The notes below the pieces were generated by a model. The model had not been told where the DNA came from. It did no database searches and saw nothing but the letters and a program-made list of their open reading frames with translations. A stretch of 64,000 bases of DNA from Takakia lepidozioides (lineage: Eukaryota > Plantae > Bryophyta): positions 58,094,001-58,158,000 of the forward strand of contig CM060733.1 of the NCBI GenBank assembly GCA_030704615.1, given 5' to 3'. The position numbers and the translations under genes are program-made. Below, one piece after another: positions 12,444 to 25,213 of the stretch (its first letter is position 1; each line of letters opens with the position of its first letter).

Positions 12444-15400
12444 GGTGAAGAAATGCGCGAGAAAGCGCAGACCACGAGCGAGGGACGAAGAGTAAAAGGA
12501 AGGTATCGGTCGAGCCGTCCTCGCTTAGTGCTGACTCTGTCCAACTTTACACTACGGTTAAACTATACCCTAATTTGAAAAAAGTCGGTTTGTTCACCAG
12601 CAATTAAACTGCAGATTTTTCTCCGAGTGATTAGTTTTGTATTTCCGAAAGTGGTCTGAGATCTGAGATCAGAGGTCACTGAAGAAAGCTCTTGCCCGAT
12701 TTCTGAGAGGCCATAGCACTTATTAAGATGAGATACAGGATGAGGGATTATCTGTAAGCTGGGCCGAAATATTCAACAATGCTGTACTGGCTAATTGCAA
12801 TGTAGGTAGTAAACTGTGTTGTAGACTAGTTCCCCTAGTCAGAGATGCAGTGGTAAAAAGATGGGGTAGTTGATCATGGAGGGGTTGAGATCGCAGCCAT
12901 TCCCATATGTTGTGTGATTGCTGTAGATGGGTGCCTAGTCTGCTGCTTGACTGTTGATACACAACCCATTTCTTCTCAGTTGTGAGCCAGATTCTCAGAT
13001 GTGATCGGCTGGGAAAGGCAGAGGGGATAGGGTGCAGGCTGAGTGGTCGTGAGGCGATAGTGTAGTTTGCAAAACATGCTTCGTTGTATATCCACAAATT
13101 GGACCTGAAGTCGGAGCCCTCATCTTTGAATCTGTCCAGGAGTGATAAAAAGTGAGCAACGGAGAGACTGATGAAGGATCTGAAGGGGAGAGATGGACAG
13201 TGAAGAACAACAGTACTGGACACAGAATGCTTATAGAGTGAGAAGGACGGTAGTGTACAGGCCATACACGGAGGTCAATGATGGTTTGCAGCTCTTTCAA
13301 TGTTTGGTTTGCCTGTGCTTGATGCTTGTCCTCGTCAAAGTATTCCTTCACGGCCTCATATTACTGCTAGTTGTCTCCATTTTTGTTCATCTCTTCACGG
13401 GAGTCTACGACAATTTTGGGACCAGGACAACGGAAATACACATGGGTCTATAGATCAGGATTGATCAGACTATGTTTATTCCGTGAAGGGATGTCTGTTG
13501 CAATGGGGTTACAGGGGCCGGGGAGAAAAGATGACATAAGGTACAGTTTATCTGGGCCTCGTCAGTTTCCAACATAATACGGTCTGATATATGTTTGGCT
13601 ACTGCGTTTATGATGAAATTGGGGGCTTGCCTCATCAGCAATGGTCCAGCATAAGTGACTTTGTCCTTGAAATGAAAGTTGTGCTTTCCCTTTGAGCTGT
13701 TTTACATAGGGCAGCTCAGAGACAGAGACACACATGAACAATTTGGTCATGTGGGCAGCATCAAACTTGTGATTCAGCAGACAATCCATCCCAATCCAAT
13801 CCGAGAGCTTCTGAATGTGGTGATACTGAGGGTGTACATATGCAAGTACTTCCATTGACAAGTTACCTTCGGATTCCAATGGATTCTGAACTATCCTGTT
13901 GTTAGGGGCACATTAGGCAGCTAATGTGCCTCGTCCAAACCCTCAGAAACAGGTTAGATTCAATTCTACTAGTGCCTTGATCATTCTAATCAAACAGTAA
14001 TCTTGGTGAAAGGTCAGGTAGGCCAGGAGGGTGGGAGAGAGAGAGAGAGAGAGAGAACCTATATTGGAGGTTAAAAGATATATTGCAGACAATCCGGGTT
14101 CAAGCCCATTCTTCAAGGTGAGAAATCTGTTCCATGTTCATTGTTATGCCTATATTTGTTTGTCTTTATTTCGTGAGAATATCATGCTATGGCTATATTA
14201 TCAGGGAGACTCCTATAGAAGTAATCCATCTACTTGCCAGAGACGATGTATTCATTAGGCTTTAGTGGCCATTGGTTGTGGGCTTTAGACTCGGGGTCCC
14301 TTTGGATGGAATCGCCAGAGAACAGAATTCCATATTTCCTGCAGACAGATGTACTCATGTGCATGTGTGTGCAGCTCACAACCACATATTTTGTTTCTCG
14401 TGCTTGTACCCCTCTGTGAATCCAGCAACACAATTACATTGTCCTCATGGTGAAAGGCCATTGTATGTGCCAGCCATATTCAAAGCAACTGTGCATGGTG
14501 TTGCTCATGCCAGGCCCAAAGAGTGAGCATCCTACTTGATATGCTTTTGTTGACTGTGTGTCTCTTCATTCTCCTTGTCTTCTCGCCGTGGCGGATACAA
14601 TTGGAAATTACTTCCTCTGATTAGAATTTCGAATTGATCAGTGTTTTTTTTCCAAACTCACATTGTTGGGTCCTGGCAGAGGAGGATGCAATAACTGGGA
14701 GCTGCTTTTGCAACAAACGCCCAGTCATCCTTGAGGGGCTGACACCAGGCTCTACCCCATTCTCATGTTGTTCAAGTGGCTGATTGAAATGGAATCTATG
14801 ATGAGTGGAGCACAGCAAGTATGGAGTCACTCTTCATTTCGTTTCCATCATTCTCTTGACCAACATGGCGATGTGCAACAACCATATCCACAGAGCTTGC
14901 AGGAGCCTGGAGGATGACACCCAGGATCCAGCACTCAAATAGGATGCCCACGAATCAAGTCTGGAAAGTGGATCTGATTTTCGGAATCATTCCCTTTGTA
15001 GACTCCAATGTTATCATCTGGCCTGGTAGACTGCCTCTCTGCAGGAGCTCGTCGGTACACAAGCAGAGAGCCATCTCCAGGGCAGGAAATCATTGGGGCA
15101 TTTGAAGTGTTGGGGGAGACATGGAGTTTGGGTTTGTGCCTACTAACTGGCACAAGAGGAAGGATGTGATCCTCAACACACATGTGGGCACCTGTTTGTT
15201 GGACTTCCTGTGTGACCACTGCTCTACCTGCACACAATGTGGACTTGCGCGACGGGCAATCAACTACATAGATATGAACTTACCTTTACATATGTTTAGA
15301 TTGCATGTTGGGTTCGGTTTGCTTGAAACTACTTGTGATTGCTTTTCATTCCTGTCTTCTTATACATGCCTGCACATATAGCTCAGTAAGTTGGAGCATC

Positions 15401-16697
15401 CTTTCCAATTTCTTTGCGCCTTCATATGGACTTGCAATTACCAAGGCACATGTCATTGACCCATTAATTATTACACTGATATTTCAGCAATCAATGGGTT
15501 TGACACACCTGTTGCTGAAGGCAGATAGAAGTATGCATTTACCCCTCCTGCATTCAGAATTCTGGCCCTGGTAAGAAATGGGGTCTTCTGTGTATTTGAT
15601 CAGAATGTAATTACTGCATCCTCTGTCTGCATCTGATGAAAATGTGCCATGCGTGGTCTGTGTCCACTCAGTTCAGTAGCTGTAGTGTATTTTTCTTTTG
15701 GCATGTTGACCTCTCTTTGTAAAGTAAGATGTTAGCTTGAAAAAGTTTGGGACTGAAATGGAGTGTTGTCTTCAAGAATGAGTTTGGCGAAGCATGATTA
15801 TGTAGTATGCAGACTTCCTAACAGATGCAAGTGGATAAGCATTGCTTGTGCATTGTGGTTGTGAGATTTGTTGTGCTCGATGTGCTATTAGTTGGTAGAC
15901 ATCTGTGATACCTTTTTAAGTTTCCTCCACTGTCCTCCAGATCTGCCTCTCCACCCCTTTTCTTGCCGCCTGATGCATTTTTCTTGCATGTTGATCATGC
16001 CTTCTGTAGTGGAACTTTCCAGTATGCTGCCTGCCCCAGAGCAATATGAGGAGTATATGGACTCCTGTCACTTTATGAGAATCCACACTTCAAATAGGAT
16101 CAAGACTGTACCTTCGATTTTAAGGTGGGTTCTCATCTGTAAAATCCCTGCTTAATTGGATTGCTTTCATGAATTCATTTCAGACTGTCTGAAGCAACTG
16201 TATTACTTTGCATGGAAGATATCACTAGAACTGCTGCAAATTCTCCGAGTGCATATCATTTGCATACATTTAAAAGTGTGGTGCGTAGTCTATCACCAGT
16301 AAATCTATCACCATTTCTATCCAAGGGCCAACTTAAGATGGGGCAACAAAACCTGTCATACTTTATCAAATACAAAGGGTGCCACAGTGTCTCTCTTACA
16401 CAAATTTAATCCGGAGGGTGGGGGGGAGGAAAAGCTCAGTGTATACCTTGCAACTGCTGCATCTGCAAAAATGAGACCCAAGTATGGAAGCCCTCAGCCA
16501 TGGTGGGGGTTTTTCCCGTTCTCTCTCTGCATCCTTCCGCTTTCTGCGGTGCTGTGTTGAAATGGACACTGGTCAAGTCCACAGCAAGCACTAGGAGAGC
16601 ATCTCTTTTCAACTGCCCATTCGGGGTATTGCGACGTCAAATCTCCAAAGTAAGTATTTGATCCACATTCCCACTCACCTCGGAGTTCCATACCCAC

Positions 16698-17381
16698 TCA
16701 CTTCTTTCTCAGAATGTAGATGTCGTTTTCCTCCCAACCATACTCTGGATCCAATTCACCGTGCGGAACTTTTTGGACGCTGAAAATTTCTGGGCAAAGC
16801 CTCCAGAAGAGCTCATGCGCCTCCGCCTGTCGGATCTGGTAACCAAGCAAGATGACAGTATCAGGCCCTGCCAGGGCACTCATGGTCGACAGTAGAGGCT
16901 CCACTATATTCTCCAAGTACACCACATCAGCTGCAATCACGTAATCAAAAGGGGGTTTCAAGGCGTTGATCTGCTTTTCATTACCCCAGTACAGCTGGGA
17001 CACCTTCACTTTCCCGCATCCGTTCCCAGGCTTCCCAGCAGAGCCCAAGCTTGTGGAGATCACATTCTTCTTCACATTACGCTTGAGCGCAGGCATCACA
17101 GGGGCCACGTCCGTGATCACCACGTTCAGACCTAGCAGCGCCATGCCCAGCCCAGCCACACCACAACCTGCCCCCACCTCCACACCCCTTCTGCCTACCA
17201 GTGGCTCCAGGCCACTGGAGCCATCGGCTCCTCTGGCCAATACCCGTTCCACCCATTTCACCAACACCAGAGAGGACGGCCACACTGATGTGCCTACATG
17301 CATGGAGCCATTATCTTGCTCGAAGCGCAGAACCTCCCCCCCTACCGCCAGCTCCACCACGGGATACTCCGAATACTTCAT
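16698..17381 (-). CDS. METTL21/VCPKMT-like protein-lysine methyltransferase (Methyltransf_16 family), intronless, 227 aa
   Basis: Family motifs GTSVWPSS, the SAM-binding motif VEVGAGCGVAG, VVITD, LYWG and FDYVIAADVVY lie in a single uninterrupted ORF. Confidence 0.9.
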   Translation of the reverse strand: MKYSEYPVVELAVGGEVLRFEQDNGSMHVGTSVWPSSLVLVKWVERVLARGADGSSGLEPLVGRRGVEVGAGCGVAGLGMALLGLNVVITDVAPVMPALKRNVKKNVISTSLGSAGKPGNGCGKVKVSQLYWGNEKQINALKPPFDYVIAADVVYLENIVEPLLSTMSALAGPDTVILLGYQIRQAEAHELFWRLCPEIFSVQKVPHGELDPEYGWEENDIYILRKK

Positions 17382-17886
17382 GGCAGCTCAAACCCCCCTC
17401 TCCAGATGCTTGCCCCGGCCGCCATAGCTCTAAGCTCTCACTCCATAGCTCTTACTCCATAGCTCCTCTAATAAGCTCTTACTCCATAGCTCCACTCCCA
17501 GGATCCCTCCTTCTGTCCCTCCTTCCGAAGGCAGGCCCTTCTCCTTCTCCTTTTCTTTTCTTTTCTTTTTTCATAGTAAACTGTATTTTCAGAGGTATAT
17601 GGATGGATGTGATGTATGGATGTACCTCTGTCGGCAGTACGTTTTTTTTGAACTTTTTTCTTATACGGAAAAAACCAATATATTCAAATAAAAGCTAGTA
17701 TATCTACTAGGACACGATGGACTAATGCTGCTTTAGAAAACACGTGGCATGAGGAACCCCTACCGCGTGGTAGGTAATAGCCAATAGGGAGTGACACGGT
17801 GGCGGGGAGCTGGTACGGTCGCATCATGGGGACAATGAGCGCGCAGGGTGGTGAGCGGGTCGGGTGCGGGAAGGCAGAGGGCCGCC
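17382..17886. promoter_or_regulatory. Shared divergent promoter region between the methyltransferase and glyoxalase I
   Basis: About 505 bp separate the two head-to-head ATGs. The interval contains CACGTGGC (G-box, ~17741), CCAAT (~17781) and short ctccatagct repeats (17421-17500). Confidence 0.55.
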
Positions 17887-20800
17887 ATGGCTTTTGCTGC
17901 CACTCTTATTCCTGCCACTACGGCTCCTCTCTTGCATCGTCTCAGCTCGCGGGCTGTTTTGTCGTCTCAGTGTGCAGGGATTTCCAGGAGTTGGATCCGA
18001 GGCTCTTCGCTTCCCCTTCTTCGTATGTGCAGTTTCTTTTCTTCTCGTTTTCTGATTCACGCTTTGATTCGCGATTCGTTTTTCATAGGTCACAATTTGC
18101 TTTTAGAGTTTGTGTGTTCGTCTGTTGTTGGAAGGGAAGATGTGTGATTTTTGGATTTCGTAAGAAACTTACCGAAGTATCGTTTGTTTCGTAAGCCATA
18201 AGTCTTTTCTTCTCGTTTTCTGATTCACGCTTTCATTCACGATTCGTTTTTCATAGGTCGCAATGTGCTTTTAGAGTTTGTGTGTTCATCTGTTGTTGGA
18301 AGCGAAGATGTTTGATTTTTGGATTTCGTCAGAAACTTACCGAAGTATCGTTTGTTGTCGTAAGCCACAAGTCGTTTCTTCTCGTTTTCTAATTCACGCA
18401 TTTACGATTCTTTTCTCTTCGGTCACAGTGTGTTTCTAGAGTTTGTGTGTTTTGGAAGGGAAGATGTGTGATTGGTGGATTTCGTAAGAAGCTTGTCGAG
18501 GTATCGTTTGTTTTAATGAGTCACAACTCTCTAGCTGTTCTGCAACACCACTGCAATTCGTCTCGCATTTGCTTGTGGTAGCGGCACTTCTTATACCTAT
18601 CGTTAGAACTCTGCTTATCGGGGATACAATCCTTGCATTGGCCAAAGTAACATCGGCCGAGGGTTTTTGTCGATCAACTGCGTATCCTTCCATTGACTGC
18701 CACAATCTGCTACATTGGTGTAATCGTCGGTCCCGAGATTGGAAAGAGGAGAGAAAGAGTTTTCTCGATGCTGGATCTTCTACTGTCTAATTTGCTGGAT
18801 TCGGTTGCCTGATTGGTTCCAAGCAGTATTTCAGAATCAGTGCATTTCAGTATCAAGGAATAACTATATATGTGAGCCTTGAAAGAGGTTGGCAGCGACG
18901 AGTTCAAGAAAAGAAGTGGATTTCGCAGCATGGAACTCACAAGGATACATGCAGTATCTGAGGAATCTGCAGTCCAGATACCAGACTTTAGGACCTACTT
19001 GCAACTGACTTTTTCGCGATGCTCAAGTGTTTCTCATTTTCCTGGCATCTGAATGTGCAGGTAGGCACATACTTGGATTCCCTGGTCGTCCAACATCCAT
19101 TCGCAGCCAAGTGCAAAGCAACATGGCAGCAGAAGCTGCAGCTAACGCACAGAACATCCTCGAGTGGGCCAAGAAGGACAATCGCCGCTTACTTCACGTT
19201 GTCTATCGCGTCGGCGACCTTGACAAAACCATCAAGTATGCGCGCTTCTGACGATGACCTTGGCCCTATTAAATGCAGGAGAGAAGAACTGTAAACATGG
19301 ACTTGAAACTTAAAGTTTGATCGCCAGATAATCGAGTTGGATGAGGATGGCAACTGCCCTATGGAGATCAAGCATTGAACTCAATGTAGTTGGAACTGGA
19401 GCTTGATCTGCTGGAAATATTTGTGGGAGCTTTGGTGAAGCTCTCTCTTGCTAACCATTGTCTGGAAGTCAGCTGTTAACAATGTACGAGCCAGAAATCT
19501 AACTTGATTGTAGAGAAATGCAACTGGGATTCTTTGGTGACTAGTTGATGTTGGCATGATGTACTGATGTATTTGGTTTTGGTTTTGGTGCAGATTCTAC
19601 ACAGAATGCCTGGGGATGAAGCTTTTGAGGAGGCGGGACATTCCAGAGGAGAAGTACACAAATGCATTTCTTGGATTTGGTCCAGAGGATTCCCATTTTG
19701 TTGTGGAGCTGACGTATAGTAAGTTGTTTGTCCCCTAAGCCATTTGGTTTCCAGTTAGGCTAGCCAAGTATTAAAGCACTCCATGCCACATGTTGGCTGT
19801 ATTTGGAGCATTGGAGGACTAATATTTGCTAACTTTCCAGAGAGAGACTAGCATTTATGGCAGACATCCTTATTCGGTATGTGTATGTTTCCTTCAGGAT
19901 TAAATTTGTAGATGGAAGGACGTTACTCTCACATTAACCACATCTCCTGAGACTAATATGCATCTGTGTGTCAGATTATGGAGTGGACAAGTATGATATA
20001 GGCACAGGGTTTGGCCACTTTGGACTTGCTGTTGAGGATGTAAGTTGCCTTATACTTGGGCTTGGGCTTATTTGGGATTGTAGTGTAATTGTTGAAAGGA
20101 TTTCAAACTAAGACCCCTGAACAGGTTCGTGCTTCTGACATTTCAAGGATGATCCTATCAAAGCAATAATCTCTTATCCATCTGAATTAAAACTTTTGGA
20201 TAGCATGAGCAACAAAGCTGAGAAAAGGGACCCAGTGACCTGAAGTTGCATCATGATACCTGCTGCCACCAGTCTATGACTCCCTGTTTTATTCAGCTTG
20301 TGTAGTGTGTTTATGTGATCAGATAGTTGGATCACTTTGTTCAACTAGGAATTTTCAACATAGGTTTCATCGGAGTGTATGTTGATCAAAGTTTTGTTTC
20401 TTTCGCAGGTGCAAAAGGCAGTGGATCTCATCAAAGCAAAGGGAGGCACGGTGACACGTGAACCAGGTCCTGTGAAGGGTGGCAAATCAATCATTGCCTT
20501 TGTGGAGGATCCTGATGGTTATAAGTTTGAACTTATCCAGAGAGGCCCCACACCAGAGCCCTTCTGCCAAGTCATGCTCCGCGTTGGTGATCTTGACCGG
20601 TCAATCAATTTCTATGAGAAAGTATGTCTGTACCCTAAACTTAATTGGACCTTATTCATTTTTCCAGTTTGGTTTATAGCTACTCCAATTCACCATTTTG
20701 CCTCTGCTCTGCTGCTGAGAATGTTTTTTCTGTTGTCCTTTGGAATTACATTGCTTCTGTTGGCAAGATGCCAATTCTTACATTCTGCACCTGTGGCTGT

Positions 20801-22913
20801 GTGGTGAATTGTCCAGGCTTTTGGGATGAAGTTGTTGCGAAAGAGGGACAATCCTGACAGCAAGGTGCCCTGAATCTCTTCTCCTAGTGAGTTTCAAAGG
20901 TTTTGACAATGTCAACCGATGAAGTCACCACTGCACCTGTAGTAGTCTTCAGCGCTTGTACTTGCTGACCGTTTCGGTTTGTACAAACGTTGAAGGGCCA
21001 ACCAGAATTTCTTGTCATTACCACCATGGTGGTTTGAGTTTATTTCACTGTATAACTTGTCCCAGTATAATTTCTTCTGAGACCTAACAAGCTGATTGAT
21101 ATCTTTACGGAGCTGGTAGTACCTCGCCCACAATTCTCTGTTGGTTTCCAAATTGCAGCACTCTTTATAGAGACGGGTTAGAGAGAATAAACAGGATGTG
21201 CATGTTTGAGACTACGCATGGAGACACATTGCTGAGCAATGGTACAAGTTTTGGGTTTCATCCAGCAGGAGACTTTCTGTACAAAGGTGCACGAGGAATG
21301 TTATGGGGTTATTACGTGGGAGGCCACATCCTCGAACTAAGAATGGGCTCTGGGCCTTCCAAAGAGCTCATTCTGATGGAAGGAAACAATGTTTGGTCTA
21401 TCTTCATCTGATCCTACAACTGAAAAGGTTGAACTGTGTTATGGTTCAAATTGAGACTGAGGGCATGCATTTTCTGTATGCTGTATCTGGTGTTTGTGTA
21501 TGGGCTTGCAGTACACACTTGCCATGGTGGGCTACGGTACAGAAGAGGACAAGACAACAGTCTTGGAGTTAACGTACAACTATGGTGTAACTGAGTACAC
21601 GAAGGGTAATGCATATGCACAGGTAATAAAGGATTCCAGTCATGGACCTTGATGTGTAAACTGACAGAGAGGGACCATGTTCTGTATGACTTGGGCTTCT
21701 TGTCTTGGAAGGATCACTTTCTGGGTGTATGCCATGAGACCTTAGATGGTGCTGATGGCTAGAGAGCTGGTAGAGAGGAGGCCATATTTTAAGACTGAAA
21801 TCAAACCAGTGAATCTCTATATAACATGTTGAGTGGTGCTTCAGAGTTGAATGTCCCAATTCTGTGTACTTGCTCTGTTCAACAATGTCGGCATGAGGTG
21901 CTCATTGGTTGTATTTAAGTGTCACTGCACCATATATACAGTCTGAGACAAACTTCCTCATTGGCCAAACCAAAGAAGTCTACTGGGCCTTCCAGCTGGT
22001 TTGCAGCACTGCTAAGTACTAAAACCATGTGATGTTAAATGGAGAGAACTCTAAAGCCCTGGTATCTCTTCATTTTCATGCAGAAAGCTTCTGTCTTTGC
22101 TGCCAGGAAACTGACAGGTATCAGACCCTCAGTAGTGTGAGACAGGTAATTTTAGTTGTGGGAGAATCTTGGTTCACCTCAGTGCTGTACTTCCCACGTA
22201 ACTTGGTAGTTGAGCCGGCACATGGTGCAAGGGATGGCATGATGTTAGGATTGGGTCTTCAACTGAATGTGAGGTTGGGTGGTCTGCAGATTGCAGTTGG
22301 CACTGATGATGTGTACAAGACAGCTAGCGCCATCAAAGAGGCAGGGGGAAAAGTAACACGTGAGCCTGGTCCCCTGCCAGGCATCAGCACAAAAATCACA
22401 GCATGCCTTGACCCTGATGGCTGGAAATCGGTGAGTGTCACAGCTTCCTCCCTTTCTCTCCCACGTTTTAACAGGGTTTCGTGGTTCAAATGTCTTGTGG
22501 GCTGGCCAGTCCTGCCTTCCCAGAAGTTCAAATGGCTGCAATGCTCACATGAAAAGAATGGAAGGGTCGGTGTTATTTTGGTTAGCTGAAGCTCAACATG
22601 TATCTCTTTAAGGCAGTTTGTGGGGACTTGAGCAAAATGCATCCTCCAAGATTGTTTCTACTAGACGGATGTACCTTTTCCTTATTGAAGATCTCATCAG
22701 TGAAAATAATTCCTCAAACCAACCATATTTTGTAGCGTGGTCCTGCTAATAATTCACAAGGATGCTGAAAGCACTTCTGTGATGGACCTTATTCAAACCA
22801 ATGAAAACTGCATGTGTACTGTGTGACCAAGTATTCCTCGTGTATTCTGAACAGTGGACCTGTCTTTGCAGGTTTTTGTTGACAACACTGATTTCCTTCA
22901 AGAGTTGGAGTAA
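17887..22913 (+). CDS. GLX1: Lactoylglutathione lyase (two-domain, Ni-type plant glyoxalase I) with N-terminal transit-peptide-like extension, 9 exons
   Basis: Exons 17887-18022, 19061-19235, 19594-19718, 19975-20039, 20409-20621, 20817-20864, 21512-21622, 22290-22430 and 22872-22913 join in phase. Motifs: [87 protein letters not shown]-stop. Exon 1 is Ala/Ser/Arg-rich with no acidic residues. Confidence 0.94.
18036..18515. repeat. Tandem repeat ~169 bp x3 in glyoxalase intron 1
   Basis: cttctcgttttctgattcacgc...agagtttgtgtgtt...ggatttcgtaagaaacttaccgaagtatcgtttgtt repeated three times; the third copy is diverged. Confidence 0.9.
20912..21151 (-). mobile_element. Non-LTR retrotransposon (LINE ORF2 endonuclease-RT linker) fragment in glyoxalase intron
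   Basis: WARYYQLRKDINQLVRSQKKLYWDKLY...NDKKFWLAL resembles the W..Y..R..K..YW...N.K.FW pattern that precedes LINE RT domains. Confidence 0.55.
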
Positions 22914-24714
22914 AACTGTGGGGATAGACCATTACCCAGTTTAGACTTGATTGAGGCTGAATATTCTATGCAGGTCTTAGGCATGTGCTTCCATCTGTGA
23001 CGCTGATGGATAGCTGGGTGAAGCCCTGGCTTTTTATCGTACACAAGCCTTTTTGGGGGAGCACAACTGTTTCTCAGTTTGTATGTTGAAGTAGCTGGGG
23101 AAAGTCTCCTCTAGAAAGAAGTGATTTTCACGCTTTTGGTGTAGGAGTATGTCCAGCAAGGCTGATATGTAGGAGCAACTATTTGGGCATTTATATAGTG
23201 TTTCAGGCAAGTTTTGGTGCATTGGCTTACCTACTACCATGATTTTTTTCTGTGGTTTTTCTTCATCTTGACTGTCGTATCCTTGATTTGGTGTCTGTGT
23301 GCTTGTGTGTGTCTGTATCTTGCATCAAAATTTGAAGTCTGATTGCAGGGAATGGCGAGCTTACTCTTGGTGCACTTACTCTTGGTGCACTTCTGACAAC
23401 AGCATATATCTTACAGTTTTCACATTGCCAGGCTTCAACCTAACGGATGATAAAGAATCATTGTTACTGCCCCTTTATAAGGCCAGCACTGCAATTTTTT
23501 TGGTTGTTACAGAGTTGAGAACATTGTCATTGTTTCAATTCATTGAGTGCCAAGTTCTAGGTTCTGAAACCTAACCTCCTAATACAGGGTTGAACTGGGT
23601 GGCCACAGACACCCTGCAACTTAAATTCTCTCATCAATTCTTTGCACATGATAGGAACCGTCCAATCTTTGTGCATGATAGTATATGATACATTGTACCT
23701 ATTCACCAATCTGAGAGGCCAGAGACGGTGTGGCCTAGCCACCACGTGACCACCCTTGAGAGTTTTGGGTTTCAAAATCCAAGAGCCATCTTTAATCTCA
23801 TGCGAGTTTCCCTAGTGAAGTAAATATACAGTCAAAAGTATATTCGGGACCCGGGTAGGTATTACTTCAGTAAATGAATCACTGGGGTTTAGGGGCTCGC
23901 TTGTTTCTATCTTCCAGACCCCTGCACGCACAACTTGCAAGAAAGATACTCCTGAGAGATGTGGGTCCACCAGAAAACCTGCTAGATAACCTGTAATTGG
24001 TGGCATGATTGGAGAGATCATAATTGATTGATTTTGTGAATAGCGTGTCATCGTCATCTCAATTGTTCACTGTGCTGGCATGTGAATAGTGAGTTTGAGT
24101 TTTGCTCTCTGGTTTGCAGATAAGTAGTCCAATACATCCGATAGTACAAAAGCCCTAAAGAGCACCACCGCCATCCGGCAGTACCCTTGCTCTAATATAC
24201 TCTGGCTTCTGCCAGACTCTTCTCTCTCTCATCACACATACAAAGATCTTAGGAAAACAAACAATGTGGATTGCAATGACATTTGCAATCCTATCCGGAC
24301 CGGTCCAAATGAATGCCAGACTCCAGAAGGAGACCGGGACAATATCTTGTTAATTACCCACACCAAAGTACACTTGCACTAATCATATAACCCCCACTGC
24401 TAAACAGTACTAAGTTGACCTTGGAGTTAATCCCTAATATTTAATCTGTTTGGTGCGGTTTCCCAATACGGAAGAATCAAACAATTATCTGTCCTCTGCA
24501 TGCCCCAATAATGACATAATCTGGACTTGGATATGCCTTTATCCACTGAGTCCCACTTTCTATCTACCACTTACTTCAATTATTATATGTATATCCAGGG
24601 GCCTGCTAAACCCGGACCATGTTTCTCTGGATATAACACAATCGCATATCTCGATTCTCAGCTGTTTTGTAAGCTTATTATCGTTGTTATCGATGTGAGT
24701 TGGAAGGTTGTGAC

Positions 24715-25213
24715 CAGTGTTGGACTGGTATATAGGTGAAGGACTGGTATAAAGTACTGGTATATGCACTGGTATTAGATACCAGACCAGTCTGGTATCA
24801 TTTGGGAGAATACTTGGTCATGTACCAGACCAGGCTGGTATCAGTTTTTTCATACCAGCCTCAATACCAGTACTCCCCCGCAGTCTACCTCATTTACTAT
24901 GGTATGTGTACCATATTAATTTATGTGTACATTTGCCTATACATTTGTATTTATGTATATTTACTTCTAAAGCCATCTTGAATTACAAGTTTATCAAATA
25001 GAAAATATCAAGTGAAAATAACTACAATACACATAAAGGATGATACCAGAGTTGATACCTCATACCAGCTGGTCATGATACTCATACTCATACTAGTATT
25101 TGGACAAATATACATCCACCATTATAGAGACCAGACTGGTAAGAAAACTTTGTGATACGTCCGGTACCAGGACCAGACTGGTATGTTAAAAACTTGATAC
25201 CAGTCCAACACTG
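24715..25213. mobile_element. hAT-type MITE, 499 bp
   Basis: 17-bp TIRs cagtgttggactggtat / ataccagtccaacactg, a perfect 8-bp TSD gttgtgac (24707-24714 and 25214-25221), and many subterminal ctggtat/ataccag motifs. Confidence 0.9.

Noticed and set aside
16966-17698. Plus-strand ORFs of 153 and 165 aa
   Set aside because: Antisense shadows of the methyltransferase and its repeat-containing leader.
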